The position numbers and the translations under genes are program-made. The notes beneath the pieces are model-generated. The model saw only the letters and a list, made by a program, of their open reading frames with translations. It searched no databases and was not told where the DNA came from. This document shows, in pieces, positions 48,742 through 58,417 of a stretch of DNA of 64,000 nucleotides; within the stretch, counting starts at the first letter, position 1; each line of letters starts with the position of its first letter. The DNA lies in the IMG/VR virus record IMGVR_UViG_3300023174_000074, positions 62,809 through 126,808 of that record. One strand, written 5' to 3'. Origin of the DNA: a virus.

Positions 48742-49050
48742 ATGAAATCAATTAAGATATTATTCCCGGCACTACTAATTATTTTCCTTGCTTCTTGCGA
48801 ATCAAAAAAACAGAAAGCAATTTCAAAGGCTGCTGACGGAGATGTTATGATTATCGGAAAAGATACTTTTGACATTTACGTTGATACCCACAGAGTGGTA
48901 AGCTCAGAAAGATTACCAGCAAGAAACGTTATGGAAGAAGGTTCTCCTGTTTGGATAAACACAACCAACTTGGACAGCACATTCAAATCAAGATCACACG
49001 TACCCATTGGGTCTACTCAGGTCTATAAAATAGTTAAAAAAAGAAAATAG
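48742..49050 (+). CDS. Putative lipoprotein
   Basis: Signal peptide with LASC lipobox. Confidence 0.55.
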   Translation: MKSIKILFPALLIIFLASCESKKQKAISKAADGDVMIIGKDTFDIYVDTHRVVSSERLPARNVMEEGSPVWINTTNLDSTFKSRSHVPIGSTQVYKIVKKRK

Positions 49051-49672
49051 AATATGGATTTTAAGTTTGTTACAGTAACAGCTGACACTGTTCTTGGAGA
49101 AAATGATGAATTTGATAAATCTTTCTTTGAGTATCTGGATGAATATTCGATATCTCATAAAATATTAGAAAAAGAGGAAGGCAGATGGCCTTCAGTGGAA
49201 TATACCGGAGGACCTTTATCAATAACAACTATGTTAAAAGAGAGATTCGGAATGGAGCAGGAAGAGATTGAAGAGCTATATCCAGAAATTATAAAAAATA
49301 AAGATGTATAACAAGAAAGAAAAACCAATCGTACTAGAAGTTGATCAAATCTATCAAATAGGGGGAAAGAAGTATCTAATAGACGAGAAGGGGCACAATA
49401 AAACATATGTTTGGCTGGTAGACGAAGAGAATGAGCCTTATGGCCGAAGAAGGACTTTGGGGGGAATAAAAAATAAAGAGGTTATCAAGCTTACCTAATC
49501 TTGTAAAGCTGATCTTTTATTTCATCAGCCGATTATATTTTACCACTAACAGTATGTATAGACCTGCTAACACGTCAGCAAAAACTTATCCGGCGGTTCT
49601 TGCATCTGGAAGATCTATTTCAGCTTCTTTTACAAAAGATTAGGATAATTTAATTCTTTTCATCTGATAGAT

Positions 49673-50239
49673 TTACGTGTAATCAATCCTTTTAGCTATA
49701 CCCCTTAAAAGATCCTCTATTATTGCTTCTATTATATCGCTGGTATCTACTTTGGCGTCATCAATATCAATAGAATCCTCATCTAGTTTACCACTTACCC
49801 TCAACTCAGTTGAATATCTATTCTCATCAACTTCAATAGATATATTTGCGCTATTGATATTGTAGTCGAAACTTTCAAGGAAAATATCCTTACTGAAAGC
49901 TGCACTGTCTATTGCATTCTGTATTTCATCTTTAGTGAAAGTTGGGCCTTTGGTATCATCATCATGAGAAATATTTCTTAAAAGTTCTCTGCCGAATCCT
50001 GATGTATCAAATTCAAACTCTAAGTGATCTAAAGCTCCCTTTATATCAAGGTCACCGTACCTAAGATTCCATGAAAGTGTAACCCTTGCGCTATCCTCGT
50101 CTACCGCATAATAATCCTTTATATCATCTTCAACGTCTGCAAATGCGTTTCTAACATCATCGGTGGTGTACATGGTAATACCACTAGAATTCTCGTTTAC
50201 ATCCGATATGAAGTTCTTGAATGATTTTATACTTTTCAT
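49673..50239 (-). CDS. Acidic putative virion protein
   Basis: MKSIKSFKNFISDVNE. Confidence 0.6.
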   Translation of the reverse strand: MKSIKSFKNFISDVNENSSGITMYTTDDVRNAFADVEDDIKDYYAVDEDSARVTLSWNLRYGDLDIKGALDHLEFEFDTSGFGRELLRNISHDDDTKGPTFTKDEIQNAIDSAAFSKDIFLESFDYNINSANISIEVDENRYSTELRVSGKLDEDSIDIDDAKVDTSDIIEAIIEDLLRGIAKRIDYT

Positions 50240-50244
50240 AGTTA

Positions 50245-50715
50245 TTATGCTCCTTGATTGTCAGCAAAAAATCCACTAAGCTTGCTTAGGAAAGATGCTT
50301 TAGAAGTGTCGGGTTTTAATTCATTTGCTTCAATGTCCTTGTCAGTTAAATTACCAAGCAATCCGGGGATTGATTGAACCATAACCTTAGCTATATTCGA
50401 AGATTGAGATTTCATAGACTGTATGAATGCAGGTGCTAATCCAGGAACTTCAGCTAAAATTCCCTCCACCTTCTTCTGTAGATAAGATGCCGCTGAAGCT
50501 GGGTCGGTATCTGCCATTCTAGCAATCTTTTCTGCTTCACCCGATGCTAACACTGATTGAGCCATAAGTCCTGCAATAAGCTTCATAGCATCATCAGAAA
50601 CTCCAGACATACTAAAATCAATAGCACCGAAAACTGGTGGTGCTACCTCTGCTCCTGCTGATGCATTACCTGAAGTTTGTGGGCTAAATGTATCAAATTC
50701 TAATAGGTTTTCCAT
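50245..50715 (-). CDS. Putative virion protein
   Basis: MENLLEFDTF; GATATA upstream. Confidence 0.55.
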   Translation of the reverse strand: MENLLEFDTFSPQTSGNASAGAEVAPPVFGAIDFSMSGVSDDAMKLIAGLMAQSVLASGEAEKIARMADTDPASAASYLQKKVEGILAEVPGLAPAFIQSMKSQSSNIAKVMVQSIPGLLGNLTDKDIEANELKPDTSKASFLSKLSGFFADNQGA

Positions 50716-50744
50716 TTTGTATTATTTTTTTTAGATTATTTGTT

Positions 50745-51005
50745 CTATATATCATTTTTTGTAGGATCGTCAGTTTTTCCTGTTTTTTTAGACGAAAATA
50801 TTTTTTCTATCACGGTTAATCCTAATCCACCACCTGATATTAATGCTAATGAATCATACATAAATTCGGGTGTAACAAAGTCTTTAGCTCTAATCGTAGC
50901 CACCCATGTTATAGCTATAATGTTAAAAAGGGTAAAAAGAGCAGCAAATCTTTTACTGGATGTGTCGCTTTGTCCTGAAAGAAGATCGGTAAAGAATTTT
51001 TTCAT
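50745..51005 (-). CDS. Small two-TM membrane protein (holin-like)
   Basis: SSKRF followed by TM segment, GLGLTVIEK. Confidence 0.55.
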   Translation of the reverse strand: MKKFFTDLLSGQSDTSSKRFAALFTLFNIIAITWVATIRAKDFVTPEFMYDSLALISGGGLGLTVIEKIFSSKKTGKTDDPTKNDI

Positions 51006-51055
51006 AGTAAGTTTGGTTTTTATGTTATATATCTTATAGAATTGATATATAAGGT

Positions 51056-51499
51056 GTGGAAAACTTACTAGAATACCAAAGCTGGCTAAATGAAAGCACA
51101 CTATCTTGGGCACAAGGTGGATGGGTTTTTATTAAGGGCAAGCCTCAGAAAGACAAAGAGAATAAAAGCTACGTTTTTCTTATGCCTGTTAAATATGTGA
51201 GAGAATTACCAAGGGCAAAAATGGGGGATAAGCCAGGAATACCCGTTTATATGGCTAATTTATACGATGAAATTTACATCATCGGATATAAAGACAATAA
51301 GTTATCATATAAAAAAGCTATGCCTACATATGAATACCTACAGAAATGGGTCGGCATGAGCGGATTTAATATAGCACTAAATAAGAATAAAACTCCTAAT
51401 TGGAGAAATAGTATAAACGTACAGCAAATGCCAAATGTTATCGCTGATGCCCAATATTGGTTACCTGCTGAGCCCTGGGCTATTATACCGGTTTTCTAG
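51056..51499 (+). CDS. Putative virion protein (GTG start)
   Basis: ENLLEYQSWLNES; GATATATA upstream. Confidence 0.55.
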   Translation: MENLLEYQSWLNESTLSWAQGGWVFIKGKPQKDKENKSYVFLMPVKYVRELPRAKMGDKPGIPVYMANLYDEIYIIGYKDNKLSYKKAMPTYEYLQKWVGMSGFNIALNKNKTPNWRNSINVQQMPNVIADAQYWLPAEPWAIIPVF

Positions 51500-52081
51500 T
51501 TACTTACTGCTTTTAGTGAGATCTGCAAGAACCCACTGATCCCTTTCACGAATTGGTATATTAGACAAATCAGTATATTGAATTTTTTCTAGATCAAGGT
51601 AATTCTTTATTATTAAATCCAATTTAATTATCTCCTCTTTATTGTGATACCTTATGCCATCGTTTTGATCATCATCCTCTAGAAAAGGAGGAACGTAATA
51701 TATTTTGTTCCATTGGTTTAAAGACTTCAGTATCTCTTTCTGCAAATGGTTTATCGTTGCTATATCCTTCAGACTTAGCTTAGTGCTGAATAAAGATCTA
51801 AAGTAGAAGTAATTCAGGATAGAACTAGAATCACAGATAATAAACTCCTTAGATCCAACGTACATTCTTTCTCTCCCTAGCTGTTTATAAAATATTATGA
51901 TCTGATCTGTCGGTGTATCTGGTATTCCCCACTCTGCGATATAATCTGTGGCTGCTTCCCCCACAAATATTGAATTTCTTTTAGATATCTTTAACCCATG
52001 ATGTATAGATGTTGCTAGTGTGCTCTTGCCTGATGAGGGTGCACCTATTACACACACTAATTTAGATTTTACTTCCTCCAT
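51500..52081 (-). CDS. NadR/AAA_28-like P-loop kinase
   Basis: GAPSSGKST, EAA, ICDS, DGIR. Confidence 0.75.
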   Translation of the reverse strand: MEEVKSKLVCVIGAPSSGKSTLATSIHHGLKISKRNSIFVGEAATDYIAEWGIPDTPTDQIIIFYKQLGRERMYVGSKEFIICDSSSILNYFYFRSLFSTKLSLKDIATINHLQKEILKSLNQWNKIYYVPPFLEDDDQNDGIRYHNKEEIIKLDLIIKNYLDLEKIQYTDLSNIPIRERDQWVLADLTKSSK

Positions 52082-52153
52082 GATCTTTATTATTCTATAT
52101 GAAAATAATATAAAGTTCCGAATATATGATAGAAACTAGGTAAGATTGATTAC

Positions 52154-53215
52154 TTATTTTATGAATTGGTTTATTTCCTGTTTTAAATTTTCGAATTGAA
52201 TCGGTTTAACTGAAGGATAGAAAAGACTCATTCCTGATTCGTTTCTATATTTCCATCTCCAATCAAAATGCCTGTTAATTACAAGAATGGTCGGTATACC
52301 TATTATTCCACAAAGATGTGCAACTGATGTGTCAATTGTCACACAACTATGCAGGGTAATAATTCTATTCCACGTTTCAAGCATATCATTAGGTCGGAAA
52401 TTATCTTTTCCGTATTGAATTGACTGTGTCCCGAATTCTTTCCTTATGAAATTAAAGTCTTCATATTTAAGAGATCTTAATTTATGATTGGGCGAAGCTG
52501 CGTTTGCTTCCCAGCATAGACCTATTTCTGTCTGTCCAATTGATTCATATCTGGATAAGGATATTGAATTTCCAAATTCATAGAGTTCACTAAAGATATC
52601 TCCTGCTGGAATAAACCCATCGAAAGATTGAATCTCTTCTAATGAAACCGAATCAAAACTCTTAAATTCCAAATTCTTAATATCGTCAAAGATGTACTTA
52701 AATAGGGTTACATTCTCTTCTGACGTTTTTATAACTGCAGAGCCAACAAGGGAAGAGAATTTTCGAAATTGTGTTGAAAACATTAGTTCATCACCAAGTC
52801 CTTGCTCATTCATTACAAGTACTTTCTTTCCTTTCCATTCTCCCGAGTTGGAAAATTGAGGTATTGGAAAGTCAGGAAATTTAACCCCCGTTTTTAAACT
52901 CTTGTCCCTATATCTATTATTATAGAGCATCATTCCTTCTTCCCATTGAAGTAGATTTAAGTGACATAGACTCTTGTTCCAACAATTTGCTGGATCCTGT
53001 TCTATTGCATTTGATCTATTAAAAAAAGTTATTGCATCTTGCCATTTACCAAGTCCCATGTAACATAAACCCATATTATAAAATATAGTTTTTTTTGCGG
53101 GTTCGCTTGGTGACATTTCAATTAGTGACTTATAAAGATTTAGCGATTCTAAATTCTTTCCATCCAGTTGCTTCTTAAAAGCTTTATCTACTATTTTTCT
53201 TGGATCTTCTGCCAT
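52154..53215 (-). CDS. TPR plus glycosyltransferase (GT9-like) protein
   Basis: TPR motifs; EQGLGD, TIDTSVAHLCG, DWRW. Confidence 0.8.
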   Translation of the reverse strand: MAEDPRKIVDKAFKKQLDGKNLESLNLYKSLIEMSPSEPAKKTIFYNMGLCYMGLGKWQDAITFFNRSNAIEQDPANCWNKSLCHLNLLQWEEGMMLYNNRYRDKSLKTGVKFPDFPIPQFSNSGEWKGKKVLVMNEQGLGDELMFSTQFRKFSSLVGSAVIKTSEENVTLFKYIFDDIKNLEFKSFDSVSLEEIQSFDGFIPAGDIFSELYEFGNSISLSRYESIGQTEIGLCWEANAASPNHKLRSLKYEDFNFIRKEFGTQSIQYGKDNFRPNDMLETWNRIITLHSCVTIDTSVAHLCGIIGIPTILVINRHFDWRWKYRNESGMSLFYPSVKPIQFENLKQEINQFIK

Positions 53216-53677
53216 CTTTAATTAATTTATAAGTTATACTGGATTAACCGATAAATGATCCTGATAATATGGTAATTTATTTTTTATAAACGGGATTATT
53301 TCTTATCTTTGCCCATATAAATCTGTGATGGAAAATAATATCAAGAGATCAAGTCACGTAAATCGTCATTCGGATACGATAGTAGTTGAAAGAATATCTT
53401 TAACTGAATTTATAATGTCTGGATATTCCCCAGATTTTTATAGAACTTCAGTCACTGACGACAATAAGCTTATAATGTTCGATCCTCCGGGAGGACCTTA
53501 CACCACAGCAAAATATGGGGGACAACCCGGATCTGATATGGGTTACTACGAGACAGAATGGAAGGGGCTCATAGTCGAAGCAATGGAATTTGTCGAGCAG
53601 GGAATTAAACTCAAATGCTTTTATGAAACAAAAGTGGTGTGGGATGAGTTAAAAAAAGAAAACAATTAAAATAAAAT

Positions 53678-54361
53678 ATGAACTATAAATCAGAATTTGA
53701 AAAGTACGCTAAAAGCGAGTATGGGATTACCCCATTAAAATTAGATTATTTCGATAAACAAATTCAATCGTCGATGACCCCTTATATCTTAGAGGAAAGA
53801 GAATTGAGGGCAACCCAAATTGATATTTTTTCAAGAATGCTAATGGATAGAATAATTTGGGTTGCTGGTGAAGTTAACGATAACATGTCAACTGTGGTTC
53901 AAGCACAGCTGATGTTTTTAGATTCTGTTGATAGCAGAGATATTACCATGCACATCGATTCGCCAGGTGGATCTGTTAAGTCTGGTTTATCTATGATTGA
54001 TGTAATGGAATACATCTCAGCAGACATCAGAACGGTTAATACAGGAATGGCAGCTTCAATGGGATCGGTTTTACTTGGAGCTGGAACAAAAGGAAAGCGT
54101 AGCTCACTTAGATTCAGCAAAGTGATGTTACACCAATCAAGTGGCGGGTTCAGAGGAAACATTCAAGACGCTAAAATCGACATGCAAGAATGGGAGGAGT
54201 GTAATAAGATTCTTTTCGATCTTCTTGGGGGTTACTGTGGGAAGAAGCCAGAACAGGTAATGAAAGATGCAACAAGAGATTTTTGGTTAAGTGCTGATGC
54301 AGCAGTTAAATACGGAATCATCGATGAGGTTGTTGTAAAAAAAGACGTTAAGAAAAAATAG
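53678..54361 (+). CDS. clpP: ATP-dependent Clp protease proteolytic subunit
   Basis: DIFSRMLMDRII, IDSPGGSV, GMAASMG, MLHQ, RDFW, YGIIDEV. Confidence 0.93.
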   Translation: MNYKSEFEKYAKSEYGITPLKLDYFDKQIQSSMTPYILEERELRATQIDIFSRMLMDRIIWVAGEVNDNMSTVVQAQLMFLDSVDSRDITMHIDSPGGSVKSGLSMIDVMEYISADIRTVNTGMAASMGSVLLGAGTKGKRSSLRFSKVMLHQSSGGFRGNIQDAKIDMQEWEECNKILFDLLGGYCGKKPEQVMKDATRDFWLSADAAVKYGIIDEVVVKKDVKKK

Positions 54362-54367
54362 TCAATA

Positions 54368-54793
54368 ATGAAATCAATACTTAACAGAAAAGCCAAATTT
54401 GAATACACGTTTATTGACACCTATACTGCAGGGATATGCCTATTAGGCACAGAGGTAAAGGCAATCAAAAGCGGAAAGACTTCTATGGTTGACTCGTATT
54501 GTATTTTTAATAACGGCGAGCTTTGGGTAAAAGGACTGGGGATAACACCAGGTACTGGAGCATTTGAACACGAAGCTCTTAGAGATAGGAAGCTTCTACT
54601 TAGAAAGAAAGAGCTAAAAAAACTAAGCTCCTCCCTGGACAAGGGATTAACCATAATACCAGTTAAGATATTCTCAGATGAAAGGAATAGATTAAAAATG
54701 GAAATAGCTTTAGCTAAAGGTAAAAAGCTTTACGATAAAAGGGAATCAATTAAGAAAAAAGATATTGAAAGGGACTTAAGGAGAAACGATTAA
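54368..54793 (+). CDS. smpB: SsrA-binding protein
   Basis: NRKAKFEY, GTEVKAI, RKLLLRKKE, GLTIIP, AKGKKLYDKRE. Confidence 0.92.
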   Translation: MKSILNRKAKFEYTFIDTYTAGICLLGTEVKAIKSGKTSMVDSYCIFNNGELWVKGLGITPGTGAFEHEALRDRKLLLRKKELKKLSSSLDKGLTIIPVKIFSDERNRLKMEIALAKGKKLYDKRESIKKKDIERDLRRND

Positions 54794-55382
54794 GCCCATC
54801 TCATGATATCAGAGGCTCTATTAGAAAGAGCAACTAATTTATTCAGATCATCCTCTGTCTTCCCTATTTTTTTCAGAAACAAAGATTTAGATCTTGGGTC
54901 TAAATCTTTATATATGCTCATAAAAATTGAGATATCCTCTTTGTAGATAGATTCCAGATAACTTTCTATATTAGGAATTTTAGATAAATCAAAAGCTAAT
55001 CCTTGTTTAGCATATCTTTTTCTAGCCCAGTTAAATAAATAAGCAAATCTGATATTCCAGTCTGTTAATGAAGAGATATTTGAATTGAATCTTTTCAGTA
55101 TATGTTGTGAACTGGTACTGCCGAACCTACTTTGAAAGTTTTTTTAACAGTTTTTCTGACTGGACCATTTCCATAGATAGTTATGGATTCAGCAGGCTCA
55201 CTCATATGAAGAACATCGTTATAAATCCTCATATTACCATGTTTCCATATTGCAGCTGATGTTGAATCATAAAACCCAAGCTTTTGCAATAGATTAAATA
55301 ATGGCAACTTTTTAACATCATCAATCGTATAATTATACGAAGAAGACTCAAATAAGGTAAATGTTTTAAGATTTTTCATCAT
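54790..55382 (-). pseudogene. Putative virion protein gene with a frameshift in an A7 run
   Basis: MKNLKTFTLFES ORF stops at 55095; the -1 frame is open from the A run near 55140 to the stop at 54790. Confidence 0.55.
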
Positions 55383-55434
55383 AGTTATATATCATTACAG
55401 CATGAACTACTTTAACCCTATATTTAATATAACA

Positions 55435-55733
55435 ATGAACTACCCCTTAGCTAAAGACTAACGGGTTTCGGGAGACAAGCCCCTTCTTTTTAGACGTTTC
55501 ATTGCTTTTGCCTTATGTTAGACTGCCAAATAATTGGTTAGCTAATCAGGTCTTATTTTTGCTCCACGTCTGTAATCGACAGTCCCTGCCGATGTTAGAA
55601 AATTAAAAAAATCTAACATCTTATATATCAAAAAATGTTTTCCTCCTCTGTGGTTTTTGGAACTTTTTTGATATTTTTACTAAAATAATTACCAAATTCA
55701 TCACAGAAGCTAAAGACTTGTGCGTTTTCTTTG
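55435..55733 (-). mobile_element. Non-autonomous IS200/IS605 derivative retaining both ends and an omega-RNA-like region
   Basis: 55693-55733 nearly matches the IS end at 63075-63115 (reverse strand); other end reads GAAACCCGTTAGTCTTTAGCTAAGGGGTAGTTCA on minus. Confidence 0.75.
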
Positions 55734-56034
55734 GTGTTTAATATAAAAAAAATGATAAAAGCAACAATAATAAAGTCACATACGGTGGCAGAGGCCACTA
55801 TAACATATGGGGAAGAAACCGTTCAGAATATATTTAAACTTATAAGAAATAAGCCACCCAAGGATCTTTTTGTAGAACTAGAAGATGAAAACTTAAAAAA
55901 ATGCCTTTTTTTTCTTCTAGATGGAGACATTAATTAAAAAGACAAAACGTTTATTTAAAGATTCGGGTTTCCGCGATTACAAGATTAGTCACTGAATATT
56001 TTTTGATATATAGCAAAAACAAATAACTTATCCT

Positions 56035-56403
56035 ATGAGACACATAAAAGAATTTGAAAAATTAAACGAGGGTATAACTAAAAACACCATGGTAGATTTA
56101 GAGGGTGAAGAATTTAGTTATGAAGGATTCAATTTTATAGCTGATTTTCAAGCTGAGGGGAGAACCTACTACGAAGCTCCTTCCCGGGAAGAAGGACACG
56201 GATTTCGTAACATCGGAGGCGGTGTTACGGTAGAGGACGTTGTCATATCAATAAACAATCTTGATGTTGACGTGCTTGACACCTACATACCGGTTAAAAA
56301 TCCGGTAGTATTGGGAATAATAGAAAAATATCTAGCAGAACAAGATTTTGTTAAGACAGCTCTAGAAGAAGCTCATGACGGAGACGATTACACAGAAGAA
56401 TAA
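56035..56403 (+). CDS. Putative virion protein
   Basis: MRHIKEFEKLNEG; GATATATA upstream. Confidence 0.6.
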   Translation: MRHIKEFEKLNEGITKNTMVDLEGEEFSYEGFNFIADFQAEGRTYYEAPSREEGHGFRNIGGGVTVEDVVISINNLDVDVLDTYIPVKNPVVLGIIEKYLAEQDFVKTALEEAHDGDDYTEE

Positions 56404-56438
56404 AAGGAGCCAATTCAAACACCAAGAGAGGGGTTAGC

Positions 56439-56645
56439 TTATTCTGCTGATCCCTTTTCTTTTTCAATTTTTACAAGAAAGAAATATAGTGCAAAGAAGG
56501 AAGCAGACGCCAAATACAATAAGATGTCTGTGATTAAATACGATCCCGTCCACTTTGTAATTATCGCAAAGAGTGCATCGAATCCCAGGGGATTGAAAAA
56601 CGTTGCCAGCATGAGTGCTATGGTTTTTAGTCTCTTTAATTTCAT
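56439..56645 (-). CDS. Small membrane protein
   Basis: Two hydrophobic segments, FFNPLGFD. Confidence 0.5.
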   Translation of the reverse strand: MKLKRLKTIALMLATFFNPLGFDALFAIITKWTGSYLITDILLYLASASFFALYFFLVKIEKEKGSAE

Positions 56646-56832
56646 TAGTTGTTTTACTGTTAGAATCGTCCATAGTGGAAAATATTTTCACAAATTGACC
56701 TCATAGTGGAAAAAATCTGTGTAATTCGAGTTATTCTATCTATATATCGGAAAAAGCTTGGTTTTTTTCCAAAAAAATTTTTTATAATCGAAACGGTTTC
56801 TTATATTTGAGTATAATTAATAGGTAACAAAT

Positions 56833-56917
56833 GGTCAGGTGTCCGAACCGGAAAGGTTTCCTGGGCCCATCTTAGTAATGAGTAAGGAATATGCAGGTTC
56901 AAATCCTGTCCTGACTA
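56833..56917 (+). tRNA. Atypical tRNA-like gene with enlarged anticodon loop (identity unassignable)
   Basis: GGTCAGG/CCTGACT acceptor, GCAGG-TTCAAAT-CCTGT T-arm, TTCCT/AGGAA stem enclosing 22 nt. Confidence 0.5.
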
Positions 56918-57016
56918 CAAAAAGTTTTTTGAATAATATTAAAAACAGACCCGCGCTTCCCATCTAGAAGGATAATGAGAAGAATAATACGTCTTTTAAG
57001 GTCTGTTTTTAAAAAT

Positions 57017-57086
57017 AGTCAGGTGGCGTGTTGGCATACGCACCCGATCATAAGGGCGAGAGCAGGTTCGATTCCTGTCCTGACTG
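57017..57086 (+). tRNA. Atypical tRNA-Met(CAT)-like gene
   Basis: AGTCAGG/CCTGACT acceptor, GCGT/ACGC D-stem, CCC-GATCATAA-GGG short anticodon arm, GCAGG-TTCGATT-CCTGT T-arm. Confidence 0.55.
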
Positions 57087-57108
57087 CTAAAAATAAATTA
57101 TAAACAAT

Positions 57109-57426
57109 ATGGCAGATTTTAGCACAGAAGTGGACATAGATCCAATCGAATTCGTAATCGAATGCAGTACAAGAGAAAAAATTGAATTAATCGATTTAGT
57201 AGTCGAGGAATGTGCAGATGACTCTGAGCTTGAGAAAAAGTTAATCAAGAGCATTAAGGAGCACTTTCCCCAGGATTACCAAGCAACAATCGGTTCCCTG
57301 AGATCTTCTAACAATACATTCATGCACGATGAGTTTTTAGGTAGTTTACTTAAGCTTAGCGAATCTTATTACCGTTTATCTAATGAAGATATTGAAAAGA
57401 TAAACGAGCTCGCTAAACGCTTTTAA
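57109..57426 (+). CDS. Hypothetical protein
   Basis: 105 aa ORF. Confidence 0.55.
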   Translation: MADFSTEVDIDPIEFVIECSTREKIELIDLVVEECADDSELEKKLIKSIKEHFPQDYQATIGSLRSSNNTFMHDEFLGSLLKLSESYYRLSNEDIEKINELAKRF

Positions 57427-57452
57427 AATCACCCTATTGGATATATAGGATT

Positions 57453-58133
57453 ATGAATATCCTTAACTACAACCAATTTTCAAATCTCTCCGAATCGGAC
57501 GGAGATAAATCTTATACATTTGACGAGCTATCACCAGAGGCTAAACAGAATGCCATCGATAGTAACAGAGACTATAACATAGAATCTTACGATTGGTGGG
57601 ATCCTATTATAGAGGGATTCACCGAAGAAATGGAGGAGATCGGCATGACAGATATTGATTGCCAGTTCTCAGGATTCAACTCACAAGGTGATGGAGCTTC
57701 TTTTACAGGAAAGGTTAACGACAATAAAACATTTCTAAAGGCTATTGGGATAACCCCTGCATCAGTAGGACTTGGTGATAAGGCTTCAAAAAAATTTGAT
57801 ACCACATTGGATTCAATTGCGGAAAATATCTACATTACTATACTGAGAAATGATAGAAACTATTATCACCACAACACGATCTCAGCAAACGTTGAGGTTG
57901 ATGGAGACGAGGAGATCGAACTTGATCTGGGCTTGGGTATGATTATAGAGATTGATGTTAACGATGTGTGCGACAGAATAGAACCCACAATTACTGACTG
58001 GGCAAGAGATAAAAGCAAAGATCTTTATAGAGATCTTGAAAAGTATTACGATGAATTAAGCTCTGACGAAACGATAGCCAGCGATTTAGAAGCTGGGGGT
58101 CACACTTTTGACGAAGAAGGAAATATGTTATAG
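57453..58133 (+). CDS. Acidic phage protein with putative packaging leader
   Basis: YTFDELSPEAKQNAI, FSGFNSQGDGASF, FDEEG. Confidence 0.6.
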   Translation: MNILNYNQFSNLSESDGDKSYTFDELSPEAKQNAIDSNRDYNIESYDWWDPIIEGFTEEMEEIGMTDIDCQFSGFNSQGDGASFTGKVNDNKTFLKAIGITPASVGLGDKASKKFDTTLDSIAENIYITILRNDRNYYHHNTISANVEVDGDEEIELDLGLGMIIEIDVNDVCDRIEPTITDWARDKSKDLYRDLEKYYDELSSDETIASDLEAGGHTFDEEGNML

Positions 58134-58389
58134 AACAATCAAAACAAATACCAACAAATAATAATAGAATACACAAACCCTAACGCCATGGCAAAGCAAA
58201 AGAAAAAACCAGTAGTCGAGTTAAATGATGGCATTAATTGGGATTACAGTTCTTATCGGGGAAGATCGAAAAGACAAGTTAGCAATAACGGAAACATTGC
58301 ATTCTATGTAATATTAGCTGCAGCAGGTTTCGTAATTGGTATGCTTTTCCATTGGATTGTTTCCAGCATTTAATTGTTACCTATTAATT

Positions 58390-58417
58390 AAAAAAAGCAC
58401 TCTAGAGTGCTTTTTTT
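58390..58417. terminator. Intrinsic terminator
   Basis: A7-GCACTC-TA-GAGTGC-T7. Confidence 0.75.

Noticed and set aside
55423-55746. TTTAATATAA on both sides of the mini-IS as a target-site duplication
   Set aside because: IS200/IS605 elements do not make duplications, the copies are offset from the ends, and the sequence is low-complexity AT.
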